64,000 bases of DNA from Myxococcota bacterium (GCA_036229005.1 JAZAMN010000024.1:96001-160000), one strand, 5' to 3'. Counted from the stretch's first letter, positions 1-8,390 are shown. Notes: generated by a model not told the origin, from the letters alone. Made by a program: numbers and translations.

Positions 1-131
1 GTGATGACGGAGCCCCAGAACTGGCCCTTGGCGCGCATGGCGGGACGGGCGCGCTGGCGGCGGACGGCGCGCAGCAGGAGCAGGTCGGTGCGACGGAGGC
101 GCCGCGCCAGCTCCTCAAAGATGGTGGCCAT
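1..131 (-). CDS. 5' part (runs off window) of a probable eCIS AAA+ ATPase (Afp15-like)
   Basis: Manual translation from ATG at 131 (GAGGA upstream): MATIFEELARRLRRTDLLLLRAVRRQRARPAMRAKGQFWGSVIT. This resembles the N-terminal 'L..LD.LL.RAV...R....F.G..I' segment of eCIS ATPases and lies directly downstream of a DUF4157-like gene. The ATPase motifs are outside the window. Confidence 0.55.
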   Translation of the reverse strand, partial: MATIFEELARRLRRTDLLLLRAVRRQRARPAMRAKGQFWGSVI

Positions 132-137
132 GAATCC

Positions 138-758
138 TCAGATGGTCTTCTTCATGTCGCCGAAGCGGCCCAGGCTGGCCTGGCTGGCGTCGTCCTGGCC
201 GGAGAGGATGTCCCGGGCGATCTTGTCGACCACGTCCTGGTGGCTCATCCCCATCTTGCGCAGGGCCCAGTAGCCGGCGATGGGATCCGGATCGGAGTCC
301 AGGCTCGCGGGCTTCTCGTCGGGGCCCTGATCGGCCTCGGCGGAGTGGCCACCGGCGCCCTCAAGGGTGTCGCTGGACTTGTTGCCGCCGCCGGGCTGGA
401 TGCCGGTCTCACCACCCTTCATGCGGTGGAGCACCATGCGCTCAACGGCGCGGGCGGCGACCTCCTCCGCGTCGTGGATGGCGTGGCTGAGCTGCCCGTC
501 CCGGCCGTGCTCGACGTGGTACTGCTCGTGGGCGTACAGCGCCGCGTGCTCGGGGCGGGCGGGGTCGAAGTCCTCGGGCACGATGATGGTGTTGTCCACC
601 GTCATCGCCTCGCCGCCAAGCGCCTTGAGGGCGCGGGTCGCGGCCGGTCCGGTGTAGGCCTCACCCTGGCCGGGCACGGTCACCCGTCGGAGGCCACCCT
701 CCTCTTCGCGGTCGAAGAGTCGGTCGACCAGATCCTCGCCGGGATATGCACGGGGCAT
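138..758 (-). CDS. DUF4157 (eCIS core domain)-like protein with HExxH motif
   Basis: ATG at 758 with GGAGG upstream; 206 aa; 'RALKALGGEAMTVDNTI...FDPARPEHAALYAHEQYHV...EEVAARAVE' matches the DUF4157 pattern. Confidence 0.75.
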   Translation of the reverse strand: MPRAYPGEDLVDRLFDREEEGGLRRVTVPGQGEAYTGPAATRALKALGGEAMTVDNTIIVPEDFDPARPEHAALYAHEQYHVEHGRDGQLSHAIHDAEEVAARAVERMVLHRMKGGETGIQPGGGNKSSDTLEGAGGHSAEADQGPDEKPASLDSDPDPIAGYWALRKMGMSHQDVVDKIARDILSGQDDASQASLGRFGDMKKTI

Positions 759-2115
759 GTCTGAGTCCTCCAGCGGTGCCGAGCCCAAGCATAGCCTGAT
801 CTTGCGTCCTTCCGGCATCTTGAGCGCCGGAAAGCTGCTCTCCGGCCACGAGCTGGTGATCGCCGACGGGAGGAACGCGGCGCTCCGACCCGCCACGGGC
901 CCAGAGAACCTCCCTGGGCGCCTGCTGCTCCCGGGCTTCGTCAACGCCCACAGCCACGCCTTCCAGCGGGGCTTGCGCGGACACGTCCAGTGGCGCAGCG
1001 GGGACGACGACTTCTGGTCGTGGCGGGAGCGCATGTATGCCCTGGCCACCGGACTGGACCCCCAGGGGGTCGAAGATGTGAGCGCGCTGGCCTTCCTCGA
1101 GATGGCCCAGGCCGGCTTCACGACCGTGGGGGAGTTCCACTACCTGCACCACAGCCCCGACGGCCGCCCCTACGCCGACCCGGACGAGCTGGCCCGGCGG
1201 GTGATCCGCGCCGCGCGCCGGGTGGGCATCCGCATCTGCCTGCTCCGCGTCGCCTACGGCCGCGCCGGATTCGAGCAGCCCGCGAACCGTCGCCAGCGCC
1301 GCTTCATCGACCGGGATCCCGACGCGGCGCTCCTGGCCGCCAAGCGCCTCGCTCGCATCGAGGATCCCAAGGTGTCCGTGGGCCTCGCGCCGCACTCGGT
1401 GAGGGCCTGCCCGCGTCGCTGGCTCCAGGCCTTCTCCTCCTTCGAAGGTCCCGTGCACATGCACGTCTCCGAGCAGCCCGGGGAGAACCGGCAGTGCATC
1501 GACGAGACCCAGGTGAGCCCCACTGCGCTGATCGATGAGTGCGGCCTGCTCTCCCCGCGATTCCACGCTGTCCACATGACCTGGCCCACGGCTGGGGATG
1601 CAGACCGGCTGCGGCGCTCAGGAGCGGGCGTGGTCGCATGCCCCACCACCGAGCTCGATCTCGGCGACGGCTTCCTGCAGCAGGACCAACTCGAGGGGGT
1701 GCCTCTGTCCATCGGCACCGACAGCCACGCCCGCATCGACCCCTTCGCGGAGATCCGGGCGCTGGAGCTGCACGCGCGCGGGCTCCAGGGGCGGCGGAAC
1801 GTGCTCTCACCCCCCGAACAGGTAGACGGTCTCGCTCTCCGCCTGCTGGACATCGGGGCGCGCGGCGGCGCTGCGGCCTTGGGCCTTGAGGGGGGGACCG
1901 GCGCGGTGGGTGAGCCCGCGGACTGGATCGGGGTGGATCTGAACGACCCTGTCCTCGCTTGCGCCCGGATGCTGCCCGCGGTGGTGATGGCCGGACATGT
2001 GGGGATGGTGACCCACTCGTGGGTGGGGGGTGATCCCGTCCTCGTCGACCGCAGACATCCCCTGCAGGCGGAGATCCTGGAGGCCGCGACCCGCGCATTG
2101 GCTACGGTCCCGTAA
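757..2115 (+). CDS. hutF: formimidoylglutamate deiminase
   Basis: PGFVNAHSHAFQR, DFWSWRERMY, GEFHYLHH, GLAPHSVRA, HMHVSEQ, CPTTE.DLGDG, IGTDS motifs; true start may be slightly downstream (e.g. TTG 802). Confidence 0.85.
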   Translation: MSESSSGAEPKHSLILRPSGILSAGKLLSGHELVIADGRNAALRPATGPENLPGRLLLPGFVNAHSHAFQRGLRGHVQWRSGDDDFWSWRERMYALATGLDPQGVEDVSALAFLEMAQAGFTTVGEFHYLHHSPDGRPYADPDELARRVIRAARRVGIRICLLRVAYGRAGFEQPANRRQRRFIDRDPDAALLAAKRLARIEDPKVSVGLAPHSVRACPRRWLQAFSSFEGPVHMHVSEQPGENRQCIDETQVSPTALIDECGLLSPRFHAVHMTWPTAGDADRLRRSGAGVVACPTTELDLGDGFLQQDQLEGVPLSIGTDSHARIDPFAEIRALELHARGLQGRRNVLSPPEQVDGLALRLLDIGARGGAAALGLEGGTGAVGEPADWIGVDLNDPVLACARMLPAVVMAGHVGMVTHSWVGGDPVLVDRRHPLQAEILEAATRALATVP

Positions 2116-2132
2116 CTCCAGAGGATCCGGGC

Positions 2133-3287
2133 TCAGGATCCGAAGCAGCGCCGCCGGACCACGTCCTGGACCATGCCGACGGCCTGAGACAGCGCACGCA
2201 CTTCTACGTACTCGTCGGGGGCGTGCGCGACGTCGATGGAGCCGGGCCCGAAGATCAGCGAGCTCACGCCCAGATCCGCGAGGTTCCCGCCGTCCGTCGC
2301 GAAGCTTGCCGCCGCGGGCTCTCCTCCACAGCAGTGGGGCTCGAGCAGGCCCTGCAGCGGGATCCCTTCGGGGGTGAGCATGGCGGGCGTGGCGCGGAGC
2401 TGGCGCATGGTCCAGGTGCAGCCCTTGGGGAGGCTGGTGTTCTCCAGGCGCTCGCGGAGCCGGTGCTGGAGGGCGTCGGGGGTGTCTCCGGGGAGCGGTC
2501 GGTAGCCCAGCCGTAGCACCGCCCGGTCGGGGACCATGTTGACCGCGGAGCCCGCCGAGAGGGTGCCCGCGTTGAGGGTCACGTAGGGGCGATCCAGGTA
2601 GCGCTCCAGGCGCCGCTCCTGCATCAGGTCGGCCTCCAACCCGTTGATCACCTCGATCAGGCGCATCATCCCCTTGATGGCGCTGGCGCCCAGGTCCGGC
2701 TTGGAGGAGTGCGCGGAGACCCCCCGCACCTCCAGTTCCACGGCGACGTGTCCGGGGTGCATGCGGAAGATCTGGAAATCGGTGGGCTCTCCGATCCAGC
2801 ACTCCTTGGGCAGCGGGCGCGGGTCCTGGGAGTAGAGGCTTGCAATGCGCGCGGAGCCTACGCAGCCCACCTCCTCGTCATGTGTCCACGCCAACACCAG
2901 CGGCTTGGACAGCTTGGTGACGTCGAGGTCATCGAGGCCCGTGATCGCGGCGGCGATGAAGCCCTTCATGTCGGAGCTTCCCCGCCCCACCAGTCGGTCG
3001 CCCACTGCGGTCAGGGTGAAGGGATCGGAGGACCACTCCTGGCCCTCCACGGGGACCACATCCAGGTGCCCGCTGAGCATGAGGCCCTCGCCGGGCATGT
3101 CGTCGGGGCCGGCGAACGCGAGCACGTTGGCCTTCCCGGGGCGGTCGGGGTCCTCCTGGAGCTCCACGCGGAAGCCTTGGTCCTCGGCGCGTTGGGCCAC
3201 GTAGGCCGCGAGCTCGATCATGGGGCGGTTGGAGACGGTCGGGGCGGCGACCATGCGCTCCAAGGTCCTGATCTCAGGCCGATTCAT
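2133..3287 (-). CDS. argE: acetylornithine deacetylase-like M20 metallopeptidase
   Basis: LSGHLDVVP, GRGSSDMKGF, DEEVGC.G, IGEPT, GPGSI..AH.PDE motifs. Confidence 0.8.
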   Translation of the reverse strand: MNRPEIRTLERMVAAPTVSNRPMIELAAYVAQRAEDQGFRVELQEDPDRPGKANVLAFAGPDDMPGEGLMLSGHLDVVPVEGQEWSSDPFTLTAVGDRLVGRGSSDMKGFIAAAITGLDDLDVTKLSKPLVLAWTHDEEVGCVGSARIASLYSQDPRPLPKECWIGEPTDFQIFRMHPGHVAVELEVRGVSAHSSKPDLGASAIKGMMRLIEVINGLEADLMQERRLERYLDRPYVTLNAGTLSAGSAVNMVPDRAVLRLGYRPLPGDTPDALQHRLRERLENTSLPKGCTWTMRQLRATPAMLTPEGIPLQGLLEPHCCGGEPAAASFATDGGNLADLGVSSLIFGPGSIDVAHAPDEYVEVRALSQAVGMVQDVVRRRCFGS

Positions 3288-3960
3288 CTGGCTTCTCCTC
3301 GTCTTCGTCCTGCTCGGTCCACCAGTCGTGGGGCCGCCTGGCCTTCATCCCGACGCGCTGCAACATGGGCTGCACGGCCAGGATGCGGTCGGCGATTTTG
3401 AGCTCGGGGGGTGGTGTGCGCGAGGCACATCGCTGCTCTTCGCTGATGCCGTCGCCGGCAGCGGGGGCCTCGCTGCCGGGCTGCTGCTTGCCGTCCATCC
3501 GGTTTCGGACCTGCTCGGGGATGGCCTCGAAGGCCGCCGACTCTGCCTGGAGCGCGCGCTCGAGGATCTGCGTGGCTCGCCCGATGTCTCCGCGGCAGAG
3601 GGCCTCGCCGGCGCGCTTCATCCCTTGGGCGGCCTCCGCCCAGCGCCCGGGCTCGGGGACGTGAAATCCGGGCCTTCCCAGGAAGACCGCCCGGTACCAG
3701 TCGTTCTGGTCGCGGAGCGCGGAGGCCTCCATCTGCTGGACCTGCTGCATCGTCTGGAGGCGCTCCACGATGAAGTCCAGCAATCGGTCGCGCTTGGCGC
3801 TGTTGTTGGAGAGCTGCTCCTGGAGGGCCTCGTTGCCGAGCTTCGCGCCGGCGCGGAGTTGCTTGGAGGCCTGATCACCGGGCCCAGTCAGAGAGCCGCC
3901 GTGACGGATCCTGGACGTGGGCTTGTTCCGGAGCAGGTTCTTCTTGTGCTGCCGATCCAT
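3274..3960 (-). CDS. hypothetical protein (228 aa), helical
   Basis: GC3-rich frame; ATG at 3960 preceded by TACACT; stop overlaps the argE start. Confidence 0.7.
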   Translation of the reverse strand: MDRQHKKNLLRNKPTSRIRHGGSLTGPGDQASKQLRAGAKLGNEALQEQLSNNSAKRDRLLDFIVERLQTMQQVQQMEASALRDQNDWYRAVFLGRPGFHVPEPGRWAEAAQGMKRAGEALCRGDIGRATQILERALQAESAAFEAIPEQVRNRMDGKQQPGSEAPAAGDGISEEQRCASRTPPPELKIADRILAVQPMLQRVGMKARRPHDWWTEQDEDEEKPDESA

Positions 3961-4083
3961 GGAGCAAGTGTAGCCGCCCGCGGGCCGCGCGCCCCGTCGC
4001 TTGACCGTGGAGAAAACACTTCGGTAGGCTCTCATCACCGTCGAGGGCCGGCACCGCCCTCGGCAAGCCCAAGGACAACCGTC

Positions 4084-4111
4084 TTGCAGTCGTTGCTACT
4101 TCGCCTACACC
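4084..4111 (+). promoter_or_regulatory. candidate sigma70-type promoter of the eCIS operon
   Basis: TTGCAG (4084-4089), 16 nt spacer, TACACC (4106-4111), 5 nt before GTG 4117. Confidence 0.35.
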
Positions 4112-4116
4112 GGAGG

Positions 4117-4512
4117 GTGCCCGGTGAGCGCCAACTGGGGGTAGGGCCGACGACGGCTCAGGCTCAAGAGCGCCTGGACCGGGAGGTCCTGACGGGGAAG
4201 GACGCGTGGGAGCCCAAGCTGCCGGCGCGCACGGGCAAGCAGCGACGCTCCCAGATGCGGGTCGAGGCGGGCCCCAACGCCCCTCAGCTCATCCGCCTGG
4301 TGCGGACCCCCTACTCCATGAGTGCGGCCTGGATCCGGCGTCAGCCCTATGCGGAGATCGGAATGCCGGAGCGCCTGGAGCGGGTGGTCAGCGAGCCCTT
4401 GATGCGCCTCGCTCAGGAGGAACGAGGGACCCTGGAGCGTCCCGGTTCCAAGGATCGCCCCCGGCCGTGGCTGCCCGATCGGAGAAACTGGACGCTGCGG
4501 GGTGAGGAATGA
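4117..4512 (+). CDS. small hypothetical protein leading the eCIS operon
   Basis: 3' part of the 3220..4512 ORF, not overlapping other genes; stop overlaps the next ATG (ATGA at 4509-4512); start uncertain. Confidence 0.5.
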   Translation: MPGERQLGVGPTTAQAQERLDREVLTGKDAWEPKLPARTGKQRRSQMRVEAGPNAPQLIRLVRTPYSMSAAWIRRQPYAEIGMPERLERVVSEPLMRLAQEERGTLERPGSKDRPRPWLPDRRNWTLRGEE

Positions 4513-5357
4513 AGATCCCCGCTCCGCAGAGCTTCCAGGTCGGCAAGTACTCGTCGCCGAACATCATCGGCGAGACCACGGAGGCGGTTCACAAGCTGCT
4601 CCTGGACAGCTACGACGTCAGCGACCGCCCGCCGCGCCTTGAAGAGGACCTCAGCTTCACCCCGAAGGATCGGGAGGAGGTCATCTACGTCTACATGTAC
4701 CGGGCCGCGCAGAACCCCAACCTGCAGCGTCAGAAGCGTCTGCAGTTGGCGCCGGTCGAGGTCCCCAATGATCGCGGCGGGGTAGACGTCTTCTACCACC
4801 GGCCGCCGCTGCTCATGGACCTGTTCTACCTGGTCTGCGTGCACAGTCGCTTCCGCTCGGACGCGGAGCGGCTGTTGGGTTGGGTGCTGCTCACCCTGCA
4901 CTACACCCCCAAGCTGGTCTACCGGCCCCGGCGCTTTCTGCTCCCGGATGGCCGGCTGGTCGACTCCTTCGGTCGCCCCTGGCAGGACCAGGTCAACATC
5001 GAGGAGGCGGGCCTGGTCGCGGAGAAGGTCTCGCTCGCTCAGGTGGACGATCTGACCGTCGGTGACGCGATCAACTTGTTCACGCTCCACGAAGCCCCGT
5101 ATCGTCCCTTCCTGACCTACCGGGCGCGCGTTGCCCTGGATGGCCCCCTGGTGAGCACCGAGGGTGGCTCCACCATCGAGATGGGCAAGAAGGAAACGGA
5201 GATGTTGGAGACCAACTACCCTCATCGGAAGAGCCGGCCGAGCGGGCGCATCGGTCGCCCCCAGATGCCTTCCCGAATTCAAGAACCCCCTGGGCCGAAG
5301 GCCCACAATCTGCGCAAGCGGCATGAACGCATTGCCGACAACGACAGCGAGGAGTGA
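4509..5357 (+). CDS. DUF4255 / Pvc16(Afp16)-like cap/terminator protein
   Basis: 'IYVYMYR...NPNL', 'PPLLMDLFYLV...AERLLGWVLLTLHYTP', 'YRPFLTYRARV' pattern; position just before the sheath gene. Confidence 0.75.
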   Translation: MKIPAPQSFQVGKYSSPNIIGETTEAVHKLLLDSYDVSDRPPRLEEDLSFTPKDREEVIYVYMYRAAQNPNLQRQKRLQLAPVEVPNDRGGVDVFYHRPPLLMDLFYLVCVHSRFRSDAERLLGWVLLTLHYTPKLVYRPRRFLLPDGRLVDSFGRPWQDQVNIEEAGLVAEKVSLAQVDDLTVGDAINLFTLHEAPYRPFLTYRARVALDGPLVSTEGGSTIEMGKKETEMLETNYPHRKSRPSGRIGRPQMPSRIQEPPGPKAHNLRKRHERIADNDSEE

Positions 5358-5360
5358 TCC

Positions 5361-7157
5361 GTGGAGTACAAGACCCCAGGCGTCTACATTCGTGAGGTAG
5401 ACAGCGGCCCCAAGCCCATCGAGTCCGTTTCTACGGCCATTCCCGGCTTCCTGGGCCTGTTCCCCTACAACCCGCCGGCCGACGCAATGGCCATCAGCGG
5501 CACCGATGGCAACCGGGCCATCGAGGGGAAGATCCCGCCCCAGCTGGTCGACAGCAGCGGCAAGATCTCGGCCAACCACTCGACCGAGGCCGCTGCCTCC
5601 ATCATCGAGGCCTTCCGCTTCCGTGACCGTCAGGTCAAGGACGTCGGCGCGCTGCTGAACCTCTACGGTCACAACGTCAAGATCGAGCCCGGCTCCAAGG
5701 GCCGCGTGAAGATCTCCGACACCAAGGACCCCAAGACGAAGATCGAGATCGCCGATGTCCTGGTGGACGTGAAGGGCGCTGTGATCACCGAGGACGATGA
5801 GGCCGTCGAGCAGCTGCTCAACGACATCGGCCAGGTGTTCGCGCTGGAGCAGGCCAAGCCCAAGCACGCCAAGGATGTGCTCTCGGCCTACGGCCTGAAC
5901 TTCGAGGGCAGCGCTCCCACCGCGCTGAACTCCGAGTACTCCATCCCGCCCATCGCGGTGACCAACAAGAGCGAGTTCTTCCGCTGGCTGCAGAGCTTCT
6001 TCGCGGAGTACCTGCTGGCCACCGAGCCGATGGAGGACCTGCTCCCCGGTCAGTCCTTCGAGGACCCCGATGACGCTGCTGACGCGGTGTTCGAGTCCCT
6101 GGCCCGCGACCCGGCCCTCAAGAAGCGCTTCCAGGACTTCCTGTCCCAGCCGAGCGTCTTCAACTTCGTGGCCAGCGTCAACGGCTTCTACGACAACGGC
6201 GGCGGCAAGGCCTACGTCTACCTCATGGGCACCTCCGACATGGACTGCCCCATCCGCGAGAACCAGGCCGACAAGCTCGGCATCTACGCCTTCGACGATG
6301 TCGACGACATGGCGCTGATGGCCGCTCCTGGCCTGACCCCGCGTCAGCAGAAGGAGATGCTGGAGTACTGCGAGATCCGCAAGGACCGCTTCGCCCTGCT
6401 TGACGGCCCGATCGTCTCCGACGGTCAGATGGACATCCCCGCCTCCGAGAAGGGCTACGGCGCCATCTACGTGCCCTGGGTAAAGGTGGCCAAGCCTACC
6501 TGGTTCAACGGCAAGCAGGACCACATCAAGGTCACCGGTCCCAACCGGCGCAAGCTGATCAAGACCGAGAAGAACGAGCTCTTCGTGCCCCCCAGCGGCC
6601 ACATCGCCGGCATCATCGCCCGCGTCGACGGCGAGCGCGGTGTTCACAAGGCCCCGGCCAACGAGCTCATCATGGGCATCACCGGTCTCAGCCAGAACAT
6701 CAACCGCATCGAGCAGGGCCAGTACAACGAGCGCGGCATCAACGTCGTGCGCGTGTTCAAGGACCGCGGCATCCGCGTCTGGGGTGCCCGCACCCTGGCC
6801 ACCAAGTCCGATCCGAGCTGGAAGTACATCAACGTCCGCCGCCTGTTCATCATGGTGGAGCAGTCCATCCTGCTCGGCGCGCAGTGGGCCGTCTTCGAGC
6901 CCAACGATCAGACCCTCTGGAAGAAGCTGGTGCGCGACGTGCGCGCCTACCTCCTGCGCGTCTGGCGCAGCGGCGCGCTCTTCGGAAACACGCCTGAGGA
7001 GGCCTTCTACGTCCGCTGTGACGAGGAGACCAACCCCCGCTACCTGATCGACGCCGGTCAGGTGAACGTGCAGATCGGAATTTGTCCCGTGAAGCCGGCA
7101 GAATTTGTTATCTTCAACATCGGTCAGTGGGACGGTGGCGCCCTGATCGAGGAATAA
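5361..7157 (+). CDS. contractile tail sheath protein 1 (Afp2/3/4-like)
   Basis: YKTPGVYIREV, FYDNGG, YVPW, VPPSGHIAG, GVHKAPAN, GIRVWGARTL, YINVRRL, FEPND, PVKPAEFV. Confidence 0.95.
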   Translation: MEYKTPGVYIREVDSGPKPIESVSTAIPGFLGLFPYNPPADAMAISGTDGNRAIEGKIPPQLVDSSGKISANHSTEAAASIIEAFRFRDRQVKDVGALLNLYGHNVKIEPGSKGRVKISDTKDPKTKIEIADVLVDVKGAVITEDDEAVEQLLNDIGQVFALEQAKPKHAKDVLSAYGLNFEGSAPTALNSEYSIPPIAVTNKSEFFRWLQSFFAEYLLATEPMEDLLPGQSFEDPDDAADAVFESLARDPALKKRFQDFLSQPSVFNFVASVNGFYDNGGGKAYVYLMGTSDMDCPIRENQADKLGIYAFDDVDDMALMAAPGLTPRQQKEMLEYCEIRKDRFALLDGPIVSDGQMDIPASEKGYGAIYVPWVKVAKPTWFNGKQDHIKVTGPNRRKLIKTEKNELFVPPSGHIAGIIARVDGERGVHKAPANELIMGITGLSQNINRIEQGQYNERGINVVRVFKDRGIRVWGARTLATKSDPSWKYINVRRLFIMVEQSILLGAQWAVFEPNDQTLWKKLVRDVRAYLLRVWRSGALFGNTPEEAFYVRCDEETNPRYLIDAGQVNVQIGICPVKPAEFVIFNIGQWDGGALIEE

Positions 7158-7229
7158 ACCCCATCGACCGATTTTCGAGCAACCCGGACGTCAGTCACCA
7201 ACGTCTTGGAACCATAGAGAGAGGACCAC

Positions 7230-7673
7230 ATGCCTACTGATGATCTGTTTGGCGCATACCACTTCCTCCTGGAGATCCAGGGGGTCATCAACGACACCCG
7301 CGTGATCGTCGGCGGCTTCAAGTCCGTGTCCGGCATGGACTCGGAGACGGAGATCGTCGAGTTCAAGCAGGGCAACGACAAGGTCGTTCGTAAGAAGCCG
7401 GGTCGTACCACCTACTCGAACATCGTTCTCGAGCGTGGCTACACCGCGACTGATGACCTCTGGCTCTGGCGGAAGAACATCGAGGACGGCCAGATCGACC
7501 GCCGCTCCGGTTCCGTGATCATCATGGACCAGGATGGCGAGACCGAGGTCGCGCGCTACAACTTCTTCGAGGGTTGGCCCTGCAAGTGGTACGTGCCCGA
7601 CATGGACTCGGATACCTCCGGGATGGCCATTGAGAAGGTCGAGATCGCTGTCGAGAAGGTGGAGCGCGCCTGA
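7230..7673 (+). CDS. tail tube protein 1 (T4 gp19/Afp1-like)
   Basis: F.LEIQG, GGFKSVSG, KPGR..YSNIVLERG, RRSGSV, WPCKW; GAGGA RBS. Confidence 0.95.
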   Translation: MPTDDLFGAYHFLLEIQGVINDTRVIVGGFKSVSGMDSETEIVEFKQGNDKVVRKKPGRTTYSNIVLERGYTATDDLWLWRKNIEDGQIDRRSGSVIIMDQDGETEVARYNFFEGWPCKWYVPDMDSDTSGMAIEKVEIAVEKVERA

Positions 7674-7758
7674 TAGGCCCGCTTCTTCCGGCCCCGATGA
7701 TGGGGCCTCACCTGAGTTGATGTAGGTCTACTGACCTTGCTTTTGGAGCTGTTCCGTC

Positions 7759-8124
7759 ATGGAGCTGAAGACCGAGTACGAGTTCACCCTTCCCCGCGGT
7801 TTCGTCGACAAGGACGGAAACATCCACAAGGAAGGGGTGATGCGCCTTGCGAATGCAAAGGACGAGATCGTTCCCTTGAACGATATGCGCGTCCAGCGCA
7901 ACCGGGCGTACTTGATCATTGTGCTGCTCAGCCGTGTGGTGACCAGGCTCGGTACGCTCTCCGAGGTGAACACGGGCACGGTGGAGAATCTCTTCGCCGG
8001 TGACCTGCGCTTCCTCGAGGAGATGTACAACCGCATCAACGAAGATGAGGCCACGGTACGCGTGACGTGTCCTGAGTGCGGCCACCGCTTCGACAAGGAG
8101 TTCGGCCGCCTGGGGGAATCGTAA
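7759..8124 (+). CDS. eCIS tail assembly chaperone-like protein with C-terminal CxxC
   Basis: TEYEFTLPRGFVDKDG.IH.EGVMRLA...DEI.PL.D.RVQ.N.AYL; VTCPECGH; directly after the tube gene. Confidence 0.8.
   Translation: MELKTEYEFTLPRGFVDKDGNIHKEGVMRLANAKDEIVPLNDMRVQRNRAYLIIVLLSRVVTRLGTLSEVNTGTVENLFAGDLRFLEEMYNRINEDEATVRVTCPECGHRFDKEFGRLGES
8112..8118 (+). other. candidate programmed -1 frameshift site G GGG GAA
   Basis: CTG GGG GAA TCG TAA (frame 0) versus GGG GGA ATC GTA AGC TAC (-1 frame). Confidence 0.65.
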
Positions 8125-8279
8125 GCTACCCTCTTGAGAATATTCTCAAGGAGGTAGCGTTCATCGCCTACCACTTTCATTGGGACCGGGATTCACTCAT
8201 GGAGTTGACGCACAAAGAGCGTCACGCCTGGGTGAAGCAGATCTCGTCCATCAACGAGAAGATCAACGCTCCTCGTTGA
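8112..8279 (+). CDS. DUF6760-like reading frame, probably expressed as a -1 frameshift extension of the chaperone
   Basis: YPLENILKEVAFIAYHFHW....LMELTHKERHAWVKQISSIN is the DUF6760-type pattern; no ATG/GTG/TTG between the slippery site and the conserved motif. Confidence 0.7.
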   Translation, partial: GGIVSYPLENILKEVAFIAYHFHWDRDSLMELTHKERHAWVKQISSINEKINAPR

Positions 8280-8390
8280 GTTGCAGGACCGTCTGAGCGC
8301 GTAGTCTTCCTGGGTTTCCTCTGGAAGACTGCGCTTATCCCTTCGTGCACGTCCTCTGGATGTGCGCACCCTCCGACCGTGGATCCTCCC

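Noticed and set aside
4071..4097. sigma54 promoter for the eCIS operon
   Set aside because: TTGC occurs twice, but no GG lies at the required -24 spacing.
8100..8279. Chaperone/DUF6760 break as a pseudogene or sequencing error
   Set aside because: Both frames look intact, the first ends naturally after its CxxC, and the junction is a known type of slippery site. An error cannot be fully excluded without reads.
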